From: Bacteroidota bacterium
GTDB lineage: Bacteria; Bacteroidota; Bacteroidia; Bacteroidales; CAIWKO01
NCBI GenBank assembly: GCA_037133915.1
Contig: JBAXND010000007.1
Location: 4,085-68,084 of the forward strand
DNA: 64,000 bases
Direction of reading: 5' to 3'
This document shows, in pieces, positions 28,316 to 37,300 of this stretch; the stretch's first letter is position 1; each line of letters starts with the position of its first letter. The notes under the pieces are model-generated. The model was not told the DNA's origin and made no database searches. It saw only the letters and a program-made list of their open reading frames with translations. A program made the translations under genes and the position numbers.

Positions 28316-28610
28316 GAAAAGGCATATGTGAATGGTTACGAAACTCATTTCCTCTGTTCCAAAATAGGACACCCATAGCTACATAGCTTTACACATCATT
28401 GCCTGCGATCAATTTTCGTTGACAGCCCATGAACACGCTAGCCTTCCCAACAGTGTTTTTTTTCTTTGAACTTTTGCGCCCAAAAGTTCCAAAACGCTTT
28501 ATTTTCCTTCGGAAATCAGTTTTTGCTGATTACTTTTTTAATAGCGTGACCCGCATTATAAAAATTTCGTACGTGAAACAAGGTTTATTATCAAGGGCGG
28601 GTCTGTGTAA

Positions 28611-28686
28611 GCAACCCTCAAGTCCGAATGCACAAAACTTCTATTATATAGAGTCCATTTGTGCTGTTTCGGACGGCTTGGGTTGC
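28611..28686. other. 76-nt extended stem-loop of three stacked 7-bp helices, candidate structured RNA element (strand unknown)
   Basis: Pairings read directly: gcaaccc 28611-17 with gggttgc 28680-86; gtccgaa 28622-28 with ttcggac 28668-74; gcacaaa 28630-36 with tttgtgc 28658-64. The loop is 21 nt. A further pair, gacccgc 28548-54 with gcgggtc 28597-603, lies just upstream. Confidence 0.3.
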
Positions 28687-28746
28687 GTGATGATAATGAA
28701 CCGTAGCTTTCACAGAAATTTTTATGCAGCGGAGACTTTTCTTTCG

Positions 28747-28780
28747 GTTCCTTTCTTTGGGTGGTGCCAAAGAAAGGAAC
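28747..28780. repeat. Perfect 14-bp inverted repeat with 6-nt spacer (hairpin)
   Basis: gttcctttctttgg gtggtg ccaaagaaaggaac. No U-tract follows on either strand. Confidence 0.6.
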
Positions 28781-28973
28781 ATATTATAACTTCGTTTCAT
28801 GCATCAGAACTCCCAAAGTTAAAAAGTATACCATAATCGCAAGGATTTACGAGGTATTTCGAAAAAGTGCGCAAAACAAAAAAGGACGGTACTCATCTGC
28901 ATTATACCTTGCTTCCGGCAAGTAATCAACATGATGGCGTAATTACACGTAAATCCTCTAAGACAAGAAAAGG

Positions 28974-29450
28974 TTAACCTTCCAGCAACACCACGGCGTA
29001 AGCCGTCACACCTTCCTCGCGACCGATAAAGCCGAGCTTTTCAGAAGTTTTTGCTTTGACTGACACATTGCCCAACGGAATCAGCAGCAACTCTGCAAGT
29101 GATTGCCTGATGGCAGAAATATAGGCCGCCAGTTTCGGCTTTTCCAGTGTTACTGTGGTATCTACATTATTGATTGTATATCCGTTTTCACTGATTAGTT
29201 TTACTGTATAGCTTAGCAATACAGTACTGTCAATGTCTTTATATTCAGGATTGGTATCCGGAAAATGCGCGCCTATATCGCCCAAAGCGGCAGCACCTAA
29301 AAGCGCATCAATAATGGCATGTATAAGCACATCGGCATCGGAATGCCCCAGCAAACCCATAGTGTGCGGAATTTTCACTCCACCAAGAATAAAATCGCGC
29401 TTATCGGAAAGCCGGTGGGTATCAGACCCGAACCCGATGCGAATCGGCAT
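28974..29450 (-). CDS. ispF: 2-C-methyl-D-erythritol 2,4-cyclodiphosphate synthase
   Basis: IRIGFGSDTHRL ... GHSDADVLIHAIIDALLGAAALGDIGAHFPD is the canonical IspF pattern. 158 aa. Confidence 0.9.
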   Translation of the reverse strand: MPIRIGFGSDTHRLSDKRDFILGGVKIPHTMGLLGHSDADVLIHAIIDALLGAAALGDIGAHFPDTNPEYKDIDSTVLLSYTVKLISENGYTINNVDTTVTLEKPKLAAYISAIRQSLAELLLIPLGNVSVKAKTSEKLGFIGREEGVTAYAVVLLEG

Positions 29451-30694
29451 TAGTCTTTGGATTTTTTCCCCTTCTTTTCGCCATCGCCGTTGTTGTTGCC
29501 TTTAACAGCATCAAAGTTGAACAAGAGCGTAAAGCGAAGTGTGTTTTCGAGCGGATTGCGCTGCTCAATAGGAATAAGATATGCGAAGTCGAGACCAAAT
29601 ACGCTGTAGCGTAAGCCTGCGCCTAAAGTGAAATATTTTCTGTTTCCTTTGGTAGCATGCTCGGCAAAGTAACCTCCTCTGACAGAAAATTGTTTATCAT
29701 ACCAATATTCCAGACCTACAGAGTAGGTAATTTCTTTCAGTTCTTCAGAGAAGCCACCCGGTGCATCGTAAAACGACTGCAACATACCCGTAACAATAGG
29801 CACATTAGGATCTTTGCCCTGAGCAATTATTTTATTGCCATTAACATCATACATATATTTTCCTGTACTGTCAAGCTGATAAACCGGAGGCGAGGGAACC
29901 AACAGTTTGTTGAAATCAACCATCACGGCAAGTGAGTTGAATTTATCGAAATTCATCAAAAACGACGGACCAATCCGCAGGTTGATAGGAATAAAGTCAC
30001 GCTCAAGATTTTCGGTATACGATATTTTCGCACCAATATTAGAAATGTTGGCACCAAAGGCAAACTTCGATGCCATTTTACCCATTTTAAAAGGTTTCTG
30101 ATAATACACGGAAACGTCGGCAGCACCGGTCTGTCCGGCTTTTGAAGCAGCACCTGCCACATAAATTCCTCCGGTAAGGTTTGAATAAATATAACGGAGC
30201 GCTATTCCTCCCGAAAAATTATCGGAGAATTTATAAGTATACGCCGCATCAACAGCAAATTCGTTCGGTTTGAATGAGCCTATTGTGCTTCCAATCTCAT
30301 CGGTGAAGGTGATATTACCAAGAGAGAAATACAGCAGTGATGCTGCCAGTGTCTGCCTTTCATTGATTCTTTTATACACACCAAGATAGGCCAGATTAAT
30401 ATCGTTCACCAAACCGCGTAGCCAGGGGCTGTATGAAACTGACACACCAAAATCCTTGTCAATAAAAGCATATTTTGACGGGTTCCAATGCATGGAGTTC
30501 GCGTCGGGCGATGAAGAAACGCCTGCATCACCAAGTGCACCGCTGCGTGCATCGGGGGCAATCATAAGAAATGGGACGGCAGTAGTGATAGTATTGACCT
30601 TGTTTTTTAATATATCGCTAGTTTGTGAGCCTTGCGCGAAAACCGGAACAACAGCTATCAGCGCTACGAAGAATGCCAGAATATTTTTTCTCAT
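29450..30694 (-). CDS. porV: T9SS outer-membrane beta-barrel protein PorV (LptO)
   Basis: TAVPFLMIAPDARSGALGDAGVSSSPDANSMHWNPSKYAF is the conserved PorV N-terminal block. It lies immediately downstream of a porU-like gene. The start is set to MRKNIL (ATG at complement of 30692-30694), which gives a signal peptide. Confidence 0.85.
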   Translation of the reverse strand: MRKNILAFFVALIAVVPVFAQGSQTSDILKNKVNTITTAVPFLMIAPDARSGALGDAGVSSSPDANSMHWNPSKYAFIDKDFGVSVSYSPWLRGLVNDINLAYLGVYKRINERQTLAASLLYFSLGNITFTDEIGSTIGSFKPNEFAVDAAYTYKFSDNFSGGIALRYIYSNLTGGIYVAGAASKAGQTGAADVSVYYQKPFKMGKMASKFAFGANISNIGAKISYTENLERDFIPINLRIGPSFLMNFDKFNSLAVMVDFNKLLVPSPPVYQLDSTGKYMYDVNGNKIIAQGKDPNVPIVTGMLQSFYDAPGGFSEELKEITYSVGLEYWYDKQFSVRGGYFAEHATKGNRKYFTLGAGLRYSVFGLDFAYLIPIEQRNPLENTLRFTLLFNFDAVKGNNNGDGEKKGKKSKD

Positions 30695-30727
30695 TTTTGA
30701 ATAACAGATAATTAGGTTTACAGAATG

Positions 30728-30735
30728 CAAAGATA
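30728..30735 (-). promoter_or_regulatory. Candidate -7 box (TAtcTTTG on minus strand) upstream of porV
   Basis: The plus strand reads CAAAGATA. It lies 33 nt upstream of the porV ATG, inside the 68-nt porU-porV spacer. Confidence 0.35.
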
Positions 30736-30762
30736 ACGATTAAAGTAAATTTATATTGTGCC

Positions 30763-33700
30763 TCACTTCAAAATAATAAGTTTGCCGGATTTTTCGAGGT
30801 GTACACCCCGATTATCCAAAAGTTTCACGCTATATACGTATAAACCTTGCGGAAGGTTACTTCCATAATCATTCGAGCCATCCCAACGTGCGGTAAAAAA
30901 CTTATTATCGCCGTTGTCAATAGCGGCTTTAAGAGTTCGCACCGGCCTGCCCTGACTATCAAATATTGTAATAATTACATCGAGCGGAGCCAGCGTTTGA
31001 TTGTGTTCTATATAAAAATCGGTGTATGAAATAAACGGGTTAGGGAAATTATAAATTTTACCCAGCTCCAGTTTAGACGCATCGGCAACAATAAATTCCG
31101 TAAAGGCTTCAGAAGTATTACCCAATAAATCAGATGCGCGCAACCTTATTTTATGCCTTCCGGACGAGAGGCTGAAAAATGGGAATGCAAGTGTTCCGCC
31201 GGTCCATGTATCAGCAGAGGGACGATAATAATCATTTAAAACAATCGTACTTTCATATCGTTCATCAAGAACGGCCGTGATATCCCTTCCCAGACCGGTG
31301 CCGTAAGCATCAATACCATTCGTATCATACAAACCTGCCAAAAGAACAGGGCTGTCGCCGGTAATATCGCCCGACTTAAATCCCGTATTGTCCAAAAACA
31401 ACGTTATATCGGGACCTGCATTATCGGCATTTGCGATGCTGTCGTGGAAAAAACTAAGTTTTTCATAAACTCCACGGGCATCGCGTCCCGCAGATTTTGC
31501 ATAATAACTAATCCGTGCATTACCGCTTCCAAATGAAATTCCTTCGGGCACAACAAAAGTGAAGCTAAATGCACCGTTTACAACACTGATACGTCCTTTA
31601 TAAAGAATTTTATTTTGAATTTTGAACCACTGGTGCGAACTCCAGGGGTCATTGGCAAGGGTTAAATAATTGCACGGGATGTCAAATACCGTGGGGTAAA
31701 CATAGCCATTGAAATTGGTTACTGCTGCCCCCGAATAATCCATGATGGCACCATGAACCGTAATTTGATGACCTGACAAAAGCGAATCCGGAATACTGTC
31801 TGTTGCATTTCCGTCAATCATTGTTGTTGCGACTTTTAAATCGGGATACGCCAATCGTAAAGCAGGGTCGCCCAAAAGCATAAAATTTTGCATGTAAACA
31901 CCGGGGCCGCATGCACGTTTTGCATCCTTAATGGCATCGCCCATTCGCGGGAAATTGCCATCAGTGCTGTTAAGGGCGCTTTTAATTATTTTGCGGTTGA
32001 TTACTTCGTTGGAATGCGCATAAGCAACACGGGTAGTAGAAAAAAGTGCAATCCCGCCTCCATGCGGATTCAGCAAAATGAATTCGCCTGCCGAACGCCG
32101 CAGTGGGTTGTCGAAACGGCTGAACTCGCAGGTTGCCGTTATAAAAGCCGGCAGGTTGTAGCGATTGTTCCACTCTCCTATCTCGGGAATAGAAAGTACA
32201 TTTTCGGATGCCCAGCCCGATTCGCTGCCATGACCGGTGTAATTCACAATAAGCGCACCTTTGTCAATACGGTTATGGATGGCAGCATTTACATCCGGAT
32301 AACGGGCTCCCGACGGTGTATTCTCCTGTTTAAAGGCATCCAGATATATTTTATCAAAATTAAAATCATCAGAAACGGAATCAGCCGCGCCAATAAGTCC
32401 TTCGGCCTGCGAAAGGTGAAGATTGTTATCTTCGTCGTCAGCTACAAAACAAATAGTATTTCGCCAGTCGCTATAATTGGAAACCGGCGTCGGCAATGTA
32501 AAAGGCGGTGCATCATCGGGCGAAAGATCAACCTGACTGTCGTATGATAATATTTTATCAACAAGCATTTTTGCTTCACTCAAAGATTCGGTAGGCAAAC
32601 GGCCGATTCCGATATCAACATCGCCGGTTACATTAGGTCCTTCACCCGGTTCAAGCAATCCAAAATAATCATCTGAAACAAAAGAAGCCGTAGGCACTGT
32701 AGAGTTGATAGTTTGGTAAGTAGGAATAAAATTGGTGTTTCCCGGCAAGCGGTTTTTCATATCATAAGAGCCATCGCCAAACAATAAAAGATATTTGGGC
32801 GCTGAAACGGAATCGCCGTCGGCGCGGTCGTAGAACATGCGAACAAAGTCACGGATTGCGGAAACATCCTGCATTCCCGACGAAAATTCATTGTATATCT
32901 GCTCAGGAGTTACAACCACAGCAGTTAATCCGTCAGTATTGCGGTGATATTCGGCCAGTATATTCGCCTGCGCAAGAAAATCGGGATGGCTTACTACAAT
33001 GAGATCGGCCTGCGGCATTCCATGCAGGTTCTGATTGGCGATTTTCCCGAGCAGCATCGGAGAGTAAAACAAACTTCCATCGAAGGCTACAAACTGCTGC
33101 AATGAATCGGTGTATGCTTTAAAAACGGCTTCATTGCCGATTGGTGAATAAGATATTTCTGCTGCATTGGCGGCATTCGTAACATTCCAGACACGAAGTC
33201 CCGACTGAAATCCGTTAAGCCGAAATTCTGACACCGGCACAATCCCGGTATTGACTCTGCGAAAAGCAAGTTGCCCCCCGGTAAAGTTAAGTGCTTTCAA
33301 GCAATTAATCTCAACAAAATCGAGCCATCCGAGCGAGGCATCATCCGGTTTCTGGTACGACAGGCTTATTGCAGCCAGGGAGGTATCCGGTTTGCAAGAA
33401 AAAATAAAATCAGCACTATGGGCGTATTCGGAGTTCAGATTAGGGTCAACACCGGCAATCATAGCCTGAACCGTTGTGTCATAGGCTGTGCATGTAAACA
33501 ATGAGTTCACCATAGAGCGGGCCATCAGACTCAGCCTTATCTTTACCTTTGAGGTATCAACAATACCGGGAACACTGAAATTTAAATTTAATACCGTATC
33601 CTCGGCAAAACATTCGCCAAGCCAAAGCCTTCCCGATTTGAGAAGATTCACGGAATCGAGTTCATGCACATCATAGTAATTAAATGTGCTGACGGTGTCA

Positions 33701-34245
33701 GTTGCAGCAATTCCGACTGCCGGACAGGCAGCAACTCTTTTTCCGGCCTGTGTGCCCGCAGTGATAAAATAATCGGAGACATCAGAATAATCGTGACGCG
33801 TATGAGTAAATACGGTTTTGACCGAATCGTATTTCCAAAGCTCCGTTCCTTCCGCATAAAAAATAAAATAATCGGATGGACTGTTAAAACTGCCATCGCC
33901 CCCGTCATAAACGGAAATGGCAATTTCGTTCAGGGAATCTGCCTGATAATTACCATTCAGCTCGGGAAGCATCGCTCCTCCGTTTCCAAACAGTCGAATT
34001 TTATCCGAACTCGCCGGAAGCGCCATGCCCAGGCTTTGCAAGTCAGAATATGAAACTTTATAAATGCCGGTTCTAGGAATGGAGATTTTAAACCAATCGC
34101 CCGAAGCAAAGAGTGAAGTTGTGGCCCAAGTCCGTTTCAGAGTTATGGAAGATCCGGGCGTGCCCTTAATCGGCTGAGTCTGCGAAAAGAGCGCCACAGG
34201 GATTAATATAAGCAATACATTAAGTATGGTTTTCCCGTACTTCAT
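30763..34245 (-). CDS. porU: PorU-like T9SS C-terminal signal peptidase/sortase (peptidase C25 family), copy 1
   Basis: C25 (gingipain-like) core with VNYTGHGSESGW (His) and FITATCEFSRFDNP (Cys). KYLLLFGDGSYD and IGIGRLP blocks. A C-terminal T9SS-type domain (YNFPNPFISYTDFYIEHNQ ... LYVYSVKLLD). Start set to MKYGKT, which gives a signal peptide. Adjacent to porV. Confidence 0.8.
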   Translation of the reverse strand: MKYGKTILNVLLILIPVALFSQTQPIKGTPGSSITLKRTWATTSLFASGDWFKISIPRTGIYKVSYSDLQSLGMALPASSDKIRLFGNGGAMLPELNGNYQADSLNEIAISVYDGGDGSFNSPSDYFIFYAEGTELWKYDSVKTVFTHTRHDYSDVSDYFITAGTQAGKRVAACPAVGIAATDTVSTFNYYDVHELDSVNLLKSGRLWLGECFAEDTVLNLNFSVPGIVDTSKVKIRLSLMARSMVNSLFTCTAYDTTVQAMIAGVDPNLNSEYAHSADFIFSCKPDTSLAAISLSYQKPDDASLGWLDFVEINCLKALNFTGGQLAFRRVNTGIVPVSEFRLNGFQSGLRVWNVTNAANAAEISYSPIGNEAVFKAYTDSLQQFVAFDGSLFYSPMLLGKIANQNLHGMPQADLIVVSHPDFLAQANILAEYHRNTDGLTAVVVTPEQIYNEFSSGMQDVSAIRDFVRMFYDRADGDSVSAPKYLLLFGDGSYDMKNRLPGNTNFIPTYQTINSTVPTASFVSDDYFGLLEPGEGPNVTGDVDIGIGRLPTESLSEAKMLVDKILSYDSQVDLSPDDAPPFTLPTPVSNYSDWRNTICFVADDEDNNLHLSQAEGLIGAADSVSDDFNFDKIYLDAFKQENTPSGARYPDVNAAIHNRIDKGALIVNYTGHGSESGWASENVLSIPEIGEWNNRYNLPAFITATCEFSRFDNPLRRSAGEFILLNPHGGGIALFSTTRVAYAHSNEVINRKIIKSALNSTDGNFPRMGDAIKDAKRACGPGVYMQNFMLLGDPALRLAYPDLKVATTMIDGNATDSIPDSLLSGHQITVHGAIMDYSGAAVTNFNGYVYPTVFDIPCNYLTLANDPWSSHQWFKIQNKILYKGRISVVNGAFSFTFVVPEGISFGSGNARISYYAKSAGRDARGVYEKLSFFHDSIANADNAGPDITLFLDNTGFKSGDITGDSPVLLAGLYDTNGIDAYGTGLGRDITAVLDERYESTIVLNDYYRPSADTWTGGTLAFPFFSLSSGRHKIRLRASDLLGNTSEAFTEFIVADASKLELGKIYNFPNPFISYTDFYIEHNQTLAPLDVIITIFDSQGRPVRTLKAAIDNGDNKFFTARWDGSNDYGSNLPQGLYVYSVKLLDNRGVHLEKSGKLIILK

Positions 34246-34263
34246 AGGGTAGATTTGACAGTT

Positions 34264-34271
34264 CAAAAGTA
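34264..34271 (-). promoter_or_regulatory. Candidate -7 box (TActTTTG on minus strand) upstream of porU copy 1
   Basis: The plus strand reads CAAAAGTA, 18 nt upstream of the ATG at 34245. Confidence 0.35.
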
Positions 34272-34309
34272 GTAAAAATTGTAACGGGTTCAAGCACCGG
34301 ATGCGTTGG

Positions 34310-37300
34310 CTACTTCAAGATTACTAACTTCTCAATTTTATCTGCATACGTGCCGTCGTTTCCGCGAACGCTAAGTTTATATATATACACACCTTTGCCA
34401 ATCGGGTCACCAAAATCGTCAGTGCCATCCCAGGGTATGGGATCGGCTCTGAAACCGTTTGTCTGAACAGCAGCGTTGATTGTCTTTATCAGCTTTCCGC
34501 TGATGGTAAATATCTGTATCTGCACACTCAGACCGCAACAGGGCTGATTGTGTTCAAACCAAAATTCAGTATAGGTAGTAAAAGGATTCGGATAATTTAA
34601 AACGTGGCTCAATGCCAGACTGGCCGATTCTGCCACAACAAAATCGAGGCTTGATTCGGAAGAATTATTGAACACATCCCACGCTTTAAAATTTAATGAA
34701 TGCGAGCCCACGGCAAGCTTTGAGAAAGGATATCTGACCCGTCCACTTTTGTATGTATTCAGGTCGGCCTCGTAATAATCGTTTAATACGACTGTTTTAT
34801 CGGTGTTTTCGTCGAGCACGGCAGATACATCATGCCCAATGCCGGTGCCCACCGTATTGATGCCGCTCGAATCGCTGACAATCGCTAACAGTAATGGATT
34901 CGGGTCGGTTAATCCGCCTGACACAAACCGTTCGTTGTTCATATACAAGTGTATCGACGGACCGCCATTATCAGTATTGGTAAAACTTTCTGTTCCGCCA
35001 ATAATAAACTGTTCAAAATTACCATTGGCATCAGTGGTACCATTTTGAGAATAATAACTGATTCTGCCTTTTCCAAAATTGTATGCAATATCTTTCGGTA
35101 CGATGAAACTAAAGGTAAAATCGCCGTTTACCACGCTCGATTTACCCTTGTAAATATTATTCTTCTGCATGAAAAAATTTATCGGAGAACCGGCATCATT
35201 TCCTCTTGAAGTTACTTTGAGGCGCTTATCCATCACCGTAGGATAAATAATCCCGTTAAAATCAGTTTTTTTGTTGCCTGCGTTATCTTCTACGTAGCCC
35301 GTTACCGTTACTTTGGCCATTGCTTTAATGGTATCTGTTCCACCAACCGGATGTGTGTTTATTGTTGACGTTATTACATTGAATTCGGGGTAGGCCAGTC
35401 TCATAGCAGGATCGCCCAGCAGCACAAAATTGCTGATTACAGATGCGCATGAATAATCATTCTTTGATTTTCTTACCACGTCGCCCATGGCAGGATATTT
35501 TCCGCTTGTTTTTTTAAGGACATTACTAAAAAATATGGTATTAAGGTCTGCATTTGAACCTGAAAATGCGAGGCGTGTTGTTGTGAAAAGTGCGATAGCG
35601 CCACCGTTCGGATTCAGGTACGTATATTCGCCGGCAGCAGAACGCCCGGGGTCGTCAAAGCGGCTGAATTCGCAGGTTGCAGTAACAAAAAGTGGCATAT
35701 TGTAAATATTGCTCCATTTGTTAATATCGGCAATACCCAATACCTGTTCGTGCGCCCAGCCGATTTCGCCTCCATGCCCGATATAATTAATAATCAGTGC
35801 ACCCTTATCCACACGCTGATTGATAGCCGTTTCAACATCAGGGTAGCGTTGCCCGCCCGGAGTTGACTCTTGAACATAGGCATCAAAATATATTTTATCC
35901 AGGTTGTAATTGGGGTAAACAGTATCAATATTTTCAGCAATTTTATCTGATTCTTCAAGGAAATGCTCGCCAGATTTATCCGAATCATCGGCCACAAAGC
36001 AAATCACATTGCGCCAGTCGCCCAGATTTGAAACGCCGGTCGAATAGCCCGAACACACAGGAGTCTGCGTTGCAAGGTCGCGACGGGCCGTATAACGGTA
36101 CAATTTATCAACGCAGTTGCGGGCTTCTTCCAAATCCTTCACCGGCATACGGCCGATACCAATATCGAGCCGTCCGCCATAGGAACCCGATTCGGTGTCA
36201 TCCAAAAAGCCATAATAATCATCCGTAAGATAGGACGCCGTTGGTTCAAGAGAATTCCAACTTTCGAATGTCGGAACAAAATTGGTATTGCCTGAAATAC
36301 GGTCAAGATAATCAAAGGAACCATCGCCAAAAAGCAACAGATATTTTGGCAACAATGCCGTATTAGAACCGGCACGGTCGTAAAACATTTTCATCAAATC
36401 TTTAATTGCGGTTATGTCCTGAATCCCCGAAGAAAATTCATTATAAACCAAATCAACGGGAATAACGGCCACTGTCATATTTTCAAGGTCAGCGTGCAAC
36501 TGTGCAATCCTGTTTGCTTCGCTCTCAAACGCGGGATAGGTTATTATAACCATATCGTACTGCCCCAGACCATGCAAATTTTGATTTGCCATAGCCGTTC
36601 CATCTTCAATCGTATTAAATCCGCTGCCATCATGGGCTACAAATTCGTGCAGGCTATCGGTATTTACACGGAATGAATACGTATTACCGGCCATGCTACC
36701 ATTTATAATTTTAGGATTCACAAAATCCGAAACATCCCAGACTTCAATATTGGACGGCGCATCGGAAATTGAAAATTCACTGACACCTTTTCCGATGGAA
36801 GCAGCACTTCTGAAATCCATTTGACCAATAGTAAAACTCAGATTGCGAAGTACATTAATTTCAAAATAATTGAGCCAGCCAAGGGGTGTGGTTGAGCCGC
36901 CTTTATAAAAATCGAGTCTCAAATTAAGTGAAGACGTTGCCGGAACAGAAATCGTATCGTCGGCAACAAGCGCGTAGGCAGATGTATAATCGGGAGAGGC
37001 AGCCGGAATGAGCTGCGTTAATGCCAGACTCCCGTTGGCATACAATTTAAAATTAGTTGAAATACCCACACCACGTCCGGCTACATTTGAACGAATCAGC
37101 ATTCTGGAGCCTGCGGCCAAATTGGAAAAACCATAGTTGAACGAATAGGATGTTTTCACATCAAATGCTTCTCCATACCATTCCCGTCCCGATTTTATCA
37201 GATTGAGCGAATCCTTTTCGTGAAAGTCAAAATCATTGAATGTATGGACATAATAATTAGGGGATTGCGATAAAGAAGGAATCGTAGTGATTCGCTTTCC

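Noticed and set aside
28429-28836. 135-aa ORF filling much of the recD-like/ispF gap.
   Set aside because: The translation is low-complexity and Phe/Lys-rich (FFFFELLRPKVPKRFIFLRKSVF...), with no signal, motif or sensible start context. It overlaps the strongest RNA-like helices. I treat the region as non-coding or structured.
30711-30720. AAACCTAA-like string in the porV leader, resembling the leader 12-mer of the two T9SS cargo genes, considered as a T9SS-regulon motif.
   Set aside because: Its distance to both the -7 box and the ATG differs among the three genes. A similar ACCTAATT string follows the exbB promoter box (about 47823-47830). The two porU-like leaders lack it. This is probably an AT-rich leader composition effect. 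Only the exact 12-mer shared by the two cargo genes is kept as a low-interest finding.
34246-34293. N-terminal extensions in the ORF track (here MNPLQFLLLLNCQIYP before MKYGKT; likewise 3530-3595, 30695-30730, 61049-61090, 20108-20113).
   Set aside because: In each case an internal ATG yields a canonical signal peptide or the conserved family N-terminus. In four of the five cases a TAnnTTTG box lies inside or just upstream of the extension, and no such box was found near 20108-20113. The extensions are most likely not translated.
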